Assembly (NCBI GenBank): GCA_944331955.1
Contig: CALVIY010000002.1
Location: 7,802-71,801 of the forward strand
Source: an uncultured Bacilli bacterium
GTDB taxonomy: Bacteria > Bacillota_I > Bacilli_A > RF39 > UBA660
Direction: 5' to 3'
DNA length: 64,000 bases
In this document: positions 1 to 11,233 of the stretch, piece after piece
Layout: every line of letters begins with the position of its first letter
Position numbering within the stretch: position 1 is the first letter of the stretch
Made by a program: the position numbers and the translations under genes
Notes under the pieces: generated by a model
Told to the model about the DNA's origin: nothing
Databases searched by the model: none
The model's input: the letters and a program-made list of their open reading frames with translations, nothing else

Positions 1-1612
<1,612 letters not shown>

Positions 1613-1625
1613 TTATCACTTCTTT

Positions 1626-2540
1626 CTAATCATTTATCCACAGATTTTGGGGATAAATTCTATCGCTAATCATTTCATTTATTGCCTTAACAACAATTTC
1701 TTTGTCTTCTTTATAAGTTATCCCATACCAAGTAGAAGTTGTATTAATAACATCTATTGCTTTTATATTTTTCTTAAGACATGTATCTAAAACATCAGGA
1801 ATACCAAATTCATAGTTATCAAGATCTTTTACATGAAGTGATAAGAAAAGATATAGTTCTTCACTTAAAATATCAAAGATATCTTTAGAAAATAATAAGA
1901 AGTTCATAGATACTAGAGTATCATCATCTATTTCTTTACCGTTATTACTGTTTATTGGTGAAGCGATTATCTTGTTTCTTTTAGATACTACTTTAGATTC
2001 TGTTATTTGGTATAATTTATTATTGCTTGTTTGCATAATTCCTCTTTTACAAACACCATTTGGACTTAAAGTTTTTTTAATATTATAGCCTATAACTCCA
2101 TAGTGATTATAGATTATATTTTCTAAATAATCACTGGCTTTTAAGAAGGCATCACTTCCATAAAAATCATCGGCATTTATAACGGCGAATGGTTCATTTA
2201 CTTTATCTTTAGCGCAAAGTATAGCATAGGCTGTACCAAGTGGTGTAAGTCTTTTCTTTAATAGTGATTTATATCTATCTGGGATATAATTATCATTTTG
2301 AAAAGCATAGTCTACTTTTATAAATGATTCTATTCTCTTACCAATTGATTCTTTAAAGTCTTCATAAAGTTCTTCTTTTATTATAAAGACTACTTTAGTA
2401 AATCCTGCTCTAATGGCATCATATATTGAATAGTCAATAATAAATTCTCCATTAGGTCCTACTTTTTCTAATTGTTTTAATCCTCCAAAACGGCTACCAA
2501 TACCTGCAGCCATGATTAATAATGTTTTATCTTTTTTCAT
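1626..2540 (-). CDS. Sugar-phosphate nucleotidyltransferase (NTP_transferase, Rossmann-type), paralog 1
   Basis: N-terminus MKKDKTLLIMAAGIGSRFGGLKQ is the G-rich loop of RmlA/GlmU-type sugar-1-P nucleotidyltransferases. The start was moved to the ATG at 2540, which has GGAGGAAATT immediately upstream. It overlaps the upstream paralog by 14 nt. Confidence 0.75.
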   Translation of the reverse strand: MKKDKTLLIMAAGIGSRFGGLKQLEKVGPNGEFIIDYSIYDAIRAGFTKVVFIIKEELYEDFKESIGKRIESFIKVDYAFQNDNYIPDRYKSLLKKRLTPLGTAYAILCAKDKVNEPFAVINADDFYGSDAFLKASDYLENIIYNHYGVIGYNIKKTLSPNGVCKRGIMQTSNNKLYQITESKVVSKRNKIIASPINSNNGKEIDDDTLVSMNFLLFSKDIFDILSEELYLFLSLHVKDLDNYEFGIPDVLDTCLKKNIKAIDVINTTSTWYGITYKEDKEIVVKAINEMISDRIYPQNLWIND

Positions 2541-3453
2541 AATTTCCTCCATATAAGTTTGTTTTATATATTCCTTCTTCAATCATTTTGTTAATGGCAT
2601 CTACTACCATAGCTTTATCTTCTTTATAGGTTACTCCATACCAAGTAGCATTTGTCTCAACTACATCAACAATGACTTTTTTTTCCACTGTTAATTCGTT
2701 TAATACGATTGGTATTAGAAATTCACATTTTTCTAGATTGTCTTTATTATTTTCTAAAAAAACAGGAAGTTTTTCTTCTAGTATTTTGAAAAGACTAGGT
2801 GTAAATAGAAGCATGTTCATAGATGCGATAGTATCTTTTGAGGTTTCAAATGATTTACTACCATCAAGGGGTGATACTTTTACTTTATCACCATCTAGTT
2901 CAGTACTACTTTCAATTAAGGTAATTAATTCGTTATTTTCATTTACTTTACATACTCCTCTTTTAGCTGCCCCATTAGGGGTTAAGGTATTACCAAGACG
3001 ATAGGCAATTAAACCATAATGATTATCTTTAATATTAGATAGATAAAAACTTGCTTTTAAATAAGCATCCCTTCCATAAAAGTCATCGGCATTGATAATG
3101 GCAAAGGGTTCATTTATTTTATCTTTAGCACAAAGGATGGCATGAGCAGTACCAAGAGGCTTTTCTCTTGATTTTAAAAGTTCTTGATATTCAAGAGGGA
3201 TATTATCGTTAGTTTGAAAAACATATTCAACTTTTATATGAGGTTCTACTCTTCTACCTACTGTTTCTTTAAAGATATCATAGTTTTCTTTCTTTATGAT
3301 AAAAACTACTTTAGTAAAGCCTGATTCAATGGCATCATAAATTGAATAGTCAATAATAAATTCTCCATTAGGGCCAACGGGCTCGATTTGTTTTAATCCT
3401 CCAAACCTACTACCCATTCCTGCGGCCATAATTAATAATGTTTTATCTTTCAT
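2527..3453 (-). CDS. Sugar-phosphate nucleotidyltransferase, paralog 2 (tandem duplicate)
   Basis: MKDKTLLIMAAGMGSRFGGLKQIEPVGPNGEFIIDYSIYDA is alignable with paralog 1 over its whole length. AGGAGG lies 6 nt upstream of the ATG. Confidence 0.75.
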   Translation of the reverse strand: MKDKTLLIMAAGMGSRFGGLKQIEPVGPNGEFIIDYSIYDAIESGFTKVVFIIKKENYDIFKETVGRRVEPHIKVEYVFQTNDNIPLEYQELLKSREKPLGTAHAILCAKDKINEPFAIINADDFYGRDAYLKASFYLSNIKDNHYGLIAYRLGNTLTPNGAAKRGVCKVNENNELITLIESSTELDGDKVKVSPLDGSKSFETSKDTIASMNMLLFTPSLFKILEEKLPVFLENNKDNLEKCEFLIPIVLNELTVEKKVIVDVVETNATWYGVTYKEDKAMVVDAINKMIEEGIYKTNLYGGNYEKR

Positions 3454-3467
3454 ATGTCCTCCTAATA

Positions 3468-4802
3468 TTATTTCTCTTTTAAGAATCTTTTTAATAAAAA
3501 GGTTAAGAAATATGGAAATGTATAAAATTTACCATTAAAACCTATATTTTTATTACATAGTTTTATTCCATATTTTATATCTTTATATTTATCACTTTCT
3601 ATTAATTTATTTAATGATAAAGTCTCATTGTCATTTGCTTTCACTTCTATAGGTATTAGAGAGTCTTTATCTCTAATAAAGAAGTCCATTTCTATTGTTC
3701 CTTTTTCATTTTTATAAAAATATAGTGAATAACCTTCTTTAACTAACATTTCTCCTACTATATTTTCATAAATAGCTCCTTTATAAGTATTAAAGTTTTT
3801 ATTAACTCTTAAATCTTCTCCTGCTTCATCATCTAGGGATGCAACTAAAAGACCTGTGTCTTTAAAATATAATCTATAATTATCAGGATTATAATTACCT
3901 TTTAGTGGTAGGAAAGGTTGTTCCATACAATAACTTATATTTATAATACCAGCATTAGACAGCCAGTCTATTACGCCAACATATTCTCTATTTCTAGCAT
4001 TATGTTCTATTTTAGATATTTGGAATTTCTTATTCTCATTTCCTAAAAAGACTGGTATTTTTCTATAAACATTTAAAATTTTTCCTTTATCTAATCCTCC
4101 CGCATATTTAGTAATATCTTCTTCATAATCTAAAAGTATTTGTCGTTGCATATTAAGAATACCAGAATAATTCTTTTGTTCAACAAACCTATTTACAATA
4201 GCAGGCATTCCTCCTACTATCATATACTCTTTAAAGTTTTCTAACATAACATTATACATTACTTTAGGTAAGGGCTTACAGTTTCGCATATAGGAATACA
4301 TTTCTTCTATTTGATTTTCTTTATATCCCTTAGCCCATAAAAACTCTTCAAAGTCCATAGAATACATTTCATAATCCTGTTTATTACCAACACTATTAGA
4401 TTCTATTTCTTGGTAATTAATACCCATTAGGGAACCTGAACAGATAACATCATATCTACCATCAATATTAAATGATTTTAATGAGGTAGTTGCATTAATA
4501 CAGTCTTGTATCTCATCAAAAAATATTAAGGTTTTACCAGGGATAAAGTTAAAGTTAGGATTAATTAAAGATATATTTCTTATTATTGTATCAACATCAA
4601 ACCCATCATCAAAAACACTTTTATATTGTTTTTGTAAGACAAAATTAATCTCAACTACATTTTCATAATTATTTTTACCAAAGTTTTCTATAGATTCTGT
4701 TTTTCCTATTTGTCTTGCTCCTTTAACAATTAAAGGAAGTCTATTCTTATCATTTTTCCAGTCTATTAAATATTTATCTATTTTTCTTGTTAATCTTGAC
4801 AT
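3468..4802 (-). CDS. AAA+ ATPase of the COG1373 type (AAA_14 + DUF4143), paralog A
   Basis: Walker A GARQIGKTE and Walker B LIFFDEIQD. A C-terminal DUF4143-like region contains YENIVGEML...GYSLYFY. RBS is GAGGGTGA. Confidence 0.7.
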   Translation of the reverse strand: MSRLTRKIDKYLIDWKNDKNRLPLIVKGARQIGKTESIENFGKNNYENVVEINFVLQKQYKSVFDDGFDVDTIIRNISLINPNFNFIPGKTLIFFDEIQDCINATTSLKSFNIDGRYDVICSGSLMGINYQEIESNSVGNKQDYEMYSMDFEEFLWAKGYKENQIEEMYSYMRNCKPLPKVMYNVMLENFKEYMIVGGMPAIVNRFVEQKNYSGILNMQRQILLDYEEDITKYAGGLDKGKILNVYRKIPVFLGNENKKFQISKIEHNARNREYVGVIDWLSNAGIINISYCMEQPFLPLKGNYNPDNYRLYFKDTGLLVASLDDEAGEDLRVNKNFNTYKGAIYENIVGEMLVKEGYSLYFYKNEKGTIEMDFFIRDKDSLIPIEVKANDNETLSLNKLIESDKYKDIKYGIKLCNKNIGFNGKFYTFPYFLTFLLKRFLKEK

Positions 4803-4812
4803 AATATCACCC

Positions 4813-4873
4813 TCTATATAGATTTTATCACAAAATTCCTGACTTTTTCTATATCTTTTTCACAAAATTCCTG
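4813..4873 (-). promoter_or_regulatory. Two ~26-bp direct repeats (core TCACAAAATTCCTG at 4828-4841 and 4860-4873; degenerate third copy 4892-4904) in the upstream region of COG1373-A
   Basis: Exact 14-nt core repeated at 32-bp spacing, each preceded by CTATAT. Lies between the pcrA stop and the COG1373-A start. Confidence 0.4.
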
Positions 4874-4908
4874 CGTTTTACTTCTTATTTTTCACATTTT
4901 TCCGTTTT

Positions 4909-7002
4909 TTATACTTTTGTTAAACTCTTATGATTTTTCATTAGTTTTTTAATTCCATATGGATGTTTAAAGGCAACTGATACTAGAGAATTTGTAACTT
5001 CTACAACTTTACCTGCTCCAAAGTGTTCATGTACTACATAATCTCCAACTTTATAGTCTATATCTTCTTCTCTTAGAACTTCTTCTTTATTAACATGTTT
5101 AACTTCTTCTTTTCTTACATTACTATCTATTAAGTTCTCATCTATTTCACTTATAAATCTACTAGGGGGATTAACTCCATCTTTACCAAAAAGTGTTCTT
5201 CTTCTAGCATTTATTAAATATAATTTTTCTTTCGCTCTTGTTATGGCAACATAACAAAGACGTCTTTCTTCTTCTGTTTCACTAGCACTCATTAAGGAAT
5301 TAAGATGAGGGAATATTCCTTCTTCTAATCCTAAAACAAAGACAATATCATATTCTAGTCCTTTAACAGAGTGAATAGTCATTAGACTTACTTTATTACG
5401 GGAATCTTTATATTCATCTTTATCATTAACTAAACTTACTTCATATAAGAAGTCTTCTAGAGAAACAAGCCCCATTCTCTCTTCAAATGCTTTAGTAATT
5501 GATTTAAATTCTTCTAGGTTTTCTAATCTTATTTCACTTTCAATACTCTTTTCACTCTCTAGTTCTTTTTTCATCTCTGTAGCATCTAATACTTTATCTA
5601 TTAACTCTGTTAGAGTAACAGATTCTGATATTTTTTGTAAAGAAATAATTAAGTTTTTAAATTTTAATTCTTTAGATGAATCTATCGCTTCAAAAAGGCT
5701 TATACCTTTTGCATCTGCTTTTTCGGTTAAGTGTTCAATTGTTTTTAGTCCTATACCTCTTTTAGGAGTATTTATAACTCTTAATAGGCTTATATCATCT
5801 TTAGGATTATAGATTAATTTAAGATATGCTAATAAGTCTTTAATTTCTTTTCTTTGATAGAAACTAAAACCACCAACGATACGATAAGGAATATTATCTT
5901 TTAATAGTTCTTCTTCTATAACACGTGACTGAGCATTGGTACGATATAGTATGGCTATATCACTTGCATCTTTTCCATCATCTAGAAGTTTTTTTATTTC
6001 CATTGCCGCAAAATGACTTTCATCTTTTTCATCATAGGCTCTATAATAAGTAATCTTATCGCCTACTCCTTTAGTAGACCAAAGATTTTTATCTTTTCTC
6101 TTTTCATTATTTTTAATTACACAGTTAGCAGCATCTAGTATGGTCTTAGTAGAACGATAATTTTGTTCTAGTTTAATACTTAAGGCACTAGGATAATCTT
6201 TTTCAAAGTTTAAGATATTTTTATAGTTAGCACCACGAAAACCATATATGGCTTGATCTGCATCTCCTACTACACAAATATTTTTATATTTAGCACTTAT
6301 CATTTTTGATAAGATATACTGAGCTTCATTTGTATCTTGATACTCATCTATTAAGATATATTTATAGCGTTCTTGATATTTTTGTAATACATCGGGATAT
6401 TTTCTAAAAAGTCTAATAGGTAAAATAAGTAAATCATCAAAGTCTACGGCATTATTTTTTTTAAGTTTATCTTCATACTTATAATATACTTCACTAACTA
6501 CTTTTTCATAATCACCAGCGATATATTTTTCATAGTCGCTAGGAGAGATAAGTTCATTTTTACAATTACTTATTTTATTTCTAATTGCTTTAGGATTATA
6601 GATCTTAGGATCATAATTTAGACTTTTTAAGATTTTTTTCACTATTGTTAGAGCATCATCACTATCCATGATTACAAAATTATTACTATAATCTAATTTT
6701 TCATAGTTTTCTCTTAATATTTTAAGACCAAAAGAATGAAATGTTGATATTTGAATATTTTTTGAAACATTGCCTATCATTTTATCAACACGTTCTCTCA
6801 TCTCTAAAGCGGCTTTATTAGTGAAAGTGATAGCAAGTATTTCAAATGGTGAAATATTTAACTCTTCTATTAGATATGCTATTTTGGTAGTTAAAACTTT
6901 GGTTTTACCACTTCCTGCACCTGCTAATATTAGAAGGGGTCCTTCATTATATAAAACTGCTTTTTTTTGTTGTTCATTTAAGTTATCTAAATCTATATTC
7001 AT
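4909..7002 (-). CDS. pcrA: ATP-dependent DNA helicase PcrA (UvrD family)
   Basis: GPLLILAGAGSGKTKVLTTKIAYLI Walker A, helicase motifs throughout, and a C-terminal GDYVVHEHFGAGKVVEV Tudor-like tail. Confidence 0.92.
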   Translation of the reverse strand: MNIDLDNLNEQQKKAVLYNEGPLLILAGAGSGKTKVLTTKIAYLIEELNISPFEILAITFTNKAALEMRERVDKMIGNVSKNIQISTFHSFGLKILRENYEKLDYSNNFVIMDSDDALTIVKKILKSLNYDPKIYNPKAIRNKISNCKNELISPSDYEKYIAGDYEKVVSEVYYKYEDKLKKNNAVDFDDLLILPIRLFRKYPDVLQKYQERYKYILIDEYQDTNEAQYILSKMISAKYKNICVVGDADQAIYGFRGANYKNILNFEKDYPSALSIKLEQNYRSTKTILDAANCVIKNNEKRKDKNLWSTKGVGDKITYYRAYDEKDESHFAAMEIKKLLDDGKDASDIAILYRTNAQSRVIEEELLKDNIPYRIVGGFSFYQRKEIKDLLAYLKLIYNPKDDISLLRVINTPKRGIGLKTIEHLTEKADAKGISLFEAIDSSKELKFKNLIISLQKISESVTLTELIDKVLDATEMKKELESEKSIESEIRLENLEEFKSITKAFEERMGLVSLEDFLYEVSLVNDKDEYKDSRNKVSLMTIHSVKGLEYDIVFVLGLEEGIFPHLNSLMSASETEEERRLCYVAITRAKEKLYLINARRRTLFGKDGVNPPSRFISEIDENLIDSNVRKEEVKHVNKEEVLREEDIDYKVGDYVVHEHFGAGKVVEVTNSLVSVAFKHPYGIKKLMKNHKSLTKV

Positions 7003-7069
7003 ATTATTACCTACTTCCTAATTAATTATATCATGTATATTTTTAGTTGTGAACATGATTAAATTTTAA

Positions 7070-7105
7070 TTTTAATATAAAAGACTTAAGATTTTTTTCT
7101 TAAGT
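7070..7105 (-). terminator. Rho-independent terminator downstream of the pilin-like gene
   Basis: AGACTTAAG-loop-CTTAAGTCT perfect 9-bp stem followed by a T-run on the minus strand. Confidence 0.6.
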
Positions 7106-7114
7106 CTATAATTA

Positions 7115-8758
7115 CTATGGAATACTGGCAACTGAAGAATCATCTACCCAAGTATAACCTGAACCTGGTCCATGATCTGGACAGGCTTTATGACCCCAAC
7201 CATTAACTTTACATGGTGTTAAGGTATAACCATCTGATGAATAAATTTGATAATACATATATTTTCTAATACCGTTACATCTACCATCATAAACTATCCA
7301 ACCATTAGGATAAGATCTCTTAGTATTACCTACTAAAGTACAGGCACCATTTGTATCTGGATATTTCTTAGTATTATAATTTGGATCAACATAGACATTA
7401 AAGGAACATGATTTAGTATTACCTGCTTTATCTGAAAGTGTTAAACTTGATGTTTTAGTATAAGTACTATAAGTTTTACTGTACTGATTTTCAACACAAC
7501 CACTTCCTCCTTTATCATTACAATCAACTTTAATTGTTCTACTTTGATTTGTCCAAGAAGTACTTGCACCTGTTATTGTTCCACAAGTTGGAGCGGTTTT
7601 ATCTATATATACATTGAATGTACATGATCTGGTATTTCCTGCATTATCTGCAATTGTTATACTTGCTCCTTCTTTATAACTACTAAATGTTTGTTTATAA
7701 CTATTTTTAGCACAACCGCTTCCTCCAGTGTCATTACACTCTACTGTTACTTCTCTATCCTTATTTGTCCAACTTGATGATGCACCACTAATTGTTCCAC
7801 AACTTGGGAATGTCTTATCGATGTTAAAGCTTCCACTAGTTGCCTCACAACTATTGCCTTGTTCATCATAAACTCTTAGTCTTATGACATGAGTTCCATC
7901 ATCAGTTAATGATATTTTTCTATTATCAGATCCTATATAACTTCCTATATTAGTATATTCGCCACCGTTTTTACTTTGTAATATTTCATAACGATAAGCA
8001 TTACTTGGTACTGTTATATTAACATCTATAGTTTCATTTACCCATTTTCCTGTTGATGAAGAACTATCAAATTTAACATTTGCACAATTTATACCTTTAT
8101 ATATTGAATAAGTATCTGATTTTCTATCATTGGTATTACCACTACTATCTATAGCATAACCTGTTATTGTATACATTCCTTGTTCAGTTAAGTTAATCTT
8201 AACATCTCCTGTATAAGCATTATATCCACTATCTTTATATTGTTCTCCATCTTTTTCTATTACATATCTATAACTTTGTACTTTAACATTATCTGTTACT
8301 TTCATTGTTACTGTTATAGATGTTTCTGATGAAGTAGCAGTATGAGTAAAGCTTATTATTGGTTTTATAGTATCTTTATCATTTGTATAATTACCACATG
8401 ATAATGTCGCATAATATTGATAGTCTTTATCTGTTATTTTCTGAGCGACGACATTACTTTTCTTTTGATCGCAATCATTTTCATTTTTATCTTTTATTGG
8501 ATCTATATATTTTTCTTTTACTAATGTTTCTAATGTTACTGTAGAGGTATCTCCTATTTCATCAGGAAGTTTATCTCTATTATCGGCAAAGTATTCTCTT
8601 CCTGCTAAGAGAAGCATTTCTTCTTGATTTTTGTAATAGCTTTCATCTCCTCTATTTAGTATAGATCTAACACTTACGTATGCTAAGGTTGTTAATAGTC
8701 CTAGAATTATGACTGCTGCTAGTAACTCTACTAAAGTAAATCCTTTTCTATTCATCAA
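7115..8758 (-). CDS. Large modular type IV pilin-like protein (prepilin N-terminus plus tandem Cys-containing Ig-like domains)
   Basis: N-terminus MMNRKGFTLVELLAAVIILGLL is a class III signal peptide (G-FTLVE, Glu at +5). The body contains two ~66-aa repeats (CGTISGASSSWTN...CNDTGGSGC...SCTFNVYID and CGTITGASTSWTN...CNDKGGSGC...SCSFNVYVD) and a Cys/Trp-rich C-terminal domain. Confidence 0.7.
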   Translation of the reverse strand: MMNRKGFTLVELLAAVIILGLLTTLAYVSVRSILNRGDESYYKNQEEMLLLAGREYFADNRDKLPDEIGDTSTVTLETLVKEKYIDPIKDKNENDCDQKKSNVVAQKITDKDYQYYATLSCGNYTNDKDTIKPIISFTHTATSSETSITVTMKVTDNVKVQSYRYVIEKDGEQYKDSGYNAYTGDVKINLTEQGMYTITGYAIDSSGNTNDRKSDTYSIYKGINCANVKFDSSSSTGKWVNETIDVNITVPSNAYRYEILQSKNGGEYTNIGSYIGSDNRKISLTDDGTHVIRLRVYDEQGNSCEATSGSFNIDKTFPSCGTISGASSSWTNKDREVTVECNDTGGSGCAKNSYKQTFSSYKEGASITIADNAGNTRSCTFNVYIDKTAPTCGTITGASTSWTNQSRTIKVDCNDKGGSGCVENQYSKTYSTYTKTSSLTLSDKAGNTKSCSFNVYVDPNYNTKKYPDTNGACTLVGNTKRSYPNGWIVYDGRCNGIRKYMYYQIYSSDGYTLTPCKVNGWGHKACPDHGPGSGYTWVDDSSVASIP

Positions 8759-8771
8759 GTCATCCCCTTTT

Positions 8772-9221
8772 TTAATTGTAAGTAAATGTATAACTATTTA
8801 TTTCTTTTACATTTTTATCAATATATTGAATATAAACTAGGTCTTCTTGATTTGGATTATAAGTAGCATTAGAAGGTATTTCAAATGTTTCTACTACTTC
8901 TTTTTGATTGTTATATCCTGTTATTGTTATTGTATTTATAGTTATATCAGTACTTCCTTTATTTATAATATTAAAACTAACGATTTGAACATTATTGTTA
9001 TAACTAAATCCCATTTTATATAAACATATATTTTCAACACATTGTTCATCTTCAAGACTAATTTCTTTAGTATTATAATCATTAATATTTATATTATCTT
9101 CATCGTTATTATTAGATGAATCTATTTTAGTTGTGTTTATAAAAATAAAAATTATTCCTACTATAATTAATAATATTCCTAGTACTAAAATAATTAATGA
9201 TAATTTAGATTTTCTTTTCAT
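8772..9221 (-). CDS. Membrane-anchored hypothetical protein (single N-terminal TM)
   Basis: Start moved to the ATG at 9221 (MKRKSKLSLIILVLG...), which is preceded by GGGAGG. Only 13 nt upstream of the pilin-like gene, so likely cotranscribed. Confidence 0.5.
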   Translation of the reverse strand: MKRKSKLSLIILVLGILLIIVGIIFIFINTTKIDSSNNNDEDNININDYNTKEISLEDEQCVENICLYKMGFSYNNNVQIVSFNIINKGSTDITINTITITGYNNQKEVVETFEIPSNATYNPNQEDLVYIQYIDKNVKEINSYTFTYN

Positions 9222-9344
9222 AAGTCCTCCCATTAATAACGTATTAAAGGATGTTTTACTTATTTTTTATCTTAATTATTACGCTATTATATATTGTTAT
9301 TTTATAATATTTTTAAACTATCGTCAATAAATTTAAACTTTCAT

Positions 9345-9380
9345 CGCAAAAGAAAACCTATATTATTTTTTTAATATAGG
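9345..9380 (-). terminator. Rho-independent terminator at the DUF2935 gene stop
   Basis: CCTATATTA-loop-TAATATAGG stem followed by a T-run on the minus strand. Confidence 0.55.
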
Positions 9381-10319
9381 TTACAATTCTATATTGATAT
9401 CTGTTTGTTTTTCACTACTTAGAACATATAAGAAGTAATTAATATTACGATAAAACATATCTATCGCTAGTGGTTCTATAATAAAGTATAGGTTTGCATT
9501 TAGTAAATCTTCTAACATATTAGAAATAAGTAGTCTTATTCTTCTAATGATAGCAAGACTACGTTCTCTTAGATTTTGTTGATTTTCTGGAGAAAGTGGT
9601 AAATTATTATAGTCTGCAAGTAAGGCTGGATAAGTTTTATTTAGAATACTATTTAATGTTTCTATATAATCAGTAGCATTTGGATCTATCAAGCCTCTTA
9701 GAAAGGATACTATTTCATAAGCTGTAATATTATATCCATATTCAGTATCTAAGGCAATAATTGGATCTTTTCTTAGTCTTTCTTTTAATCTGTTTAATTC
9801 TCCTATATATAGTTCTATTGTTATAATCATAAAGTTATACATTGTAGGATATGAGTATGAGAATAAGTTATTAGAAGTCATCTCTTCTCTTATTTGTCGA
9901 GCTAATGTTATAAAATCTTCTGCAATTGCTGTAGCTCTTTCATTAATAGAAGTAATTTTGTTAATTGTATCTTTATTTACTTCAAAAGTATCTGTAGGTG
10001 TTAATGATAATTGACTTTCTGTTATATCAGTAGCTAGGTTTATAGAAAATAGTTTTTCAGTCAACTTTTCTATTGGTAGTGTATATTTTGTATAAAATAT
10101 TTCGTATTCTATACCACTGTTTGGAACTTTTCCACTAGTAGCGGTTACAATTTTTCTACTAAGTTCATGACTTCTTGATGCTAATTCTCCTGCTCTTTTT
10201 TTATATTCATTATTGTCATAAAAAGAAAGTTCAATATTAATACAAAAATCTCTTAATGTTCGTAAATAATATAGATTATTATTTAATGATTCTTTTAAAA
10301 ACTCTTCTTCTGTTAACAT
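9381..10319 (-). CDS. DUF2935-family protein
   Basis: MLTEEEFLKESLNNNLYYLRTLRDFCINIEL...SGIEYEIFYTKYTL resembles the conserved N-terminus of Firmicute DUF2935 proteins (recognised from memory). Confidence 0.55.
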   Translation of the reverse strand: MLTEEEFLKESLNNNLYYLRTLRDFCINIELSFYDNNEYKKRAGELASRSHELSRKIVTATSGKVPNSGIEYEIFYTKYTLPIEKLTEKLFSINLATDITESQLSLTPTDTFEVNKDTINKITSINERATAIAEDFITLARQIREEMTSNNLFSYSYPTMYNFMIITIELYIGELNRLKERLRKDPIIALDTEYGYNITAYEIVSFLRGLIDPNATDYIETLNSILNKTYPALLADYNNLPLSPENQQNLRERSLAIIRRIRLLISNMLEDLLNANLYFIIEPLAIDMFYRNINYFLYVLSSEKQTDINIEL

Positions 10320-10324
10320 TTTAT

Positions 10325-10365
10325 CACCAGTAAATTATATGCAAAAAAAAGAAGATTAGTAGTGT
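10325..10365 (-). terminator. Rho-independent terminator after the membrane-protein gene
   Basis: AGATTAGTA-loop-TACTAATCT 9-bp stem followed by TCTTTTTTTT on the minus strand. Confidence 0.65.
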
Positions 10366-10370
10366 TTTTA

Positions 10371-11228
10371 CTAATCTCTTATACTTTCATAAAGTTTATT
10401 TAATTCAGTTAGAGGGTTACTTTCTTCTTTAATTTCTTCAGTTTTTGATTCTTTTTCTTTTTCTTCTTTTAATATTTTTACCATAAGTTTATATTCATCT
10501 AAGGTAAATTCTTGTCCTAATAGATTTAGACTTGGTTCTTCTTTCTTTTCTTCAACTATTAATGGTCTCTTAGGCATTTTATATGCTTCTTTTATATCAA
10601 AATCATGAATAATATTATAGTTTGTAAAAGACTCTACTTGAATTAAATTATGTTTATATTGATATTTTCTTATTAGATAGTATACTGTTAAGACTACTAT
10701 CCAGAAAACGAAGATAAACATACTTAATTCTAGAACACTTCTAACATCGTTACTACTATATAATTCTGTAATATTAAAGACATCTAATTCAAGATTATTG
10801 ATAAGTGAGATAGCTAGTATAAATAGATACATAATGATAGAAAATGCTATAGAATTTATAACTTTTAATTTGAAATCTACTTTATCACTAAAGATTGTTT
10901 TAAAAAGAACAACATTAGTTATTACTAGCATAATTAAGTAGATAACAATATTAGGAAAATAATATGTTATAAAGACTTCATTAATAGCATAGTCTATTAA
11001 AGTTAATATATCTTTACCATACTCTACTCCTATAAAGATAAAACCTGCTAAGTATAAAAGTATATAAGTTCTTTTACTTTGTTTACGGTTAGATCCATTA
11101 GTAGTTATAAGTACTATTGTTATAATAACTATTAATGCTAGTATCATTAAATATAAGTTTCTAGATGTAACTAAATCAAAAACTGTTTGCAATTTTGTTA
11201 TTAACGATAATTCTTTCATTAATAACAC
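10371..11228 (-). CDS. Polytopic membrane protein with charged C-terminal tail (last gene of the adhesin-sortase operon)
   Basis: Five to six hydrophobic segments and a Lys/Glu-rich C-terminus. Starts 6 nt after the sortase stop. Confidence 0.5.
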   Translation of the reverse strand: MLLMKELSLITKLQTVFDLVTSRNLYLMILALIVIITIVLITTNGSNRKQSKRTYILLYLAGFIFIGVEYGKDILTLIDYAINEVFITYYFPNIVIYLIMLVITNVVLFKTIFSDKVDFKLKVINSIAFSIIMYLFILAISLINNLELDVFNITELYSSNDVRSVLELSMFIFVFWIVVLTVYYLIRKYQYKHNLIQVESFTNYNIIHDFDIKEAYKMPKRPLIVEEKKEEPSLNLLGQEFTLDEYKLMVKILKEEKEKESKTEEIKEESNPLTELNKLYESIRD

Positions 11229-11233
11229 CCCCC

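Noticed and set aside
2672-3004. Antisense ORFs inside confirmed genes (for example 2672-3004, 6770-7021, 14549-14938, 15443-15757, 27708-28064, 39483-39725, 41688-41894, 42185-42469, 46230-46451, 46811-47035, 53037-53350, 58169-58384, 59144-59428, 60404-60631, 63006-63680)
   Set aside because: All are embedded opposite strongly supported coding sequences, lack RBSs and have low-complexity composition; treated as spurious.
1626-3453. Nucleotidyltransferase pair as CBASS-type cGAS/DncV-like cyclases
   Set aside because: The G-rich loop LIMAAGxGSRFGG is the Rossmann sugar-1-phosphate nucleotidyltransferase signature (RmlA/GlmU type), not the Pol-beta GS...DxD motif of CD-NTases.
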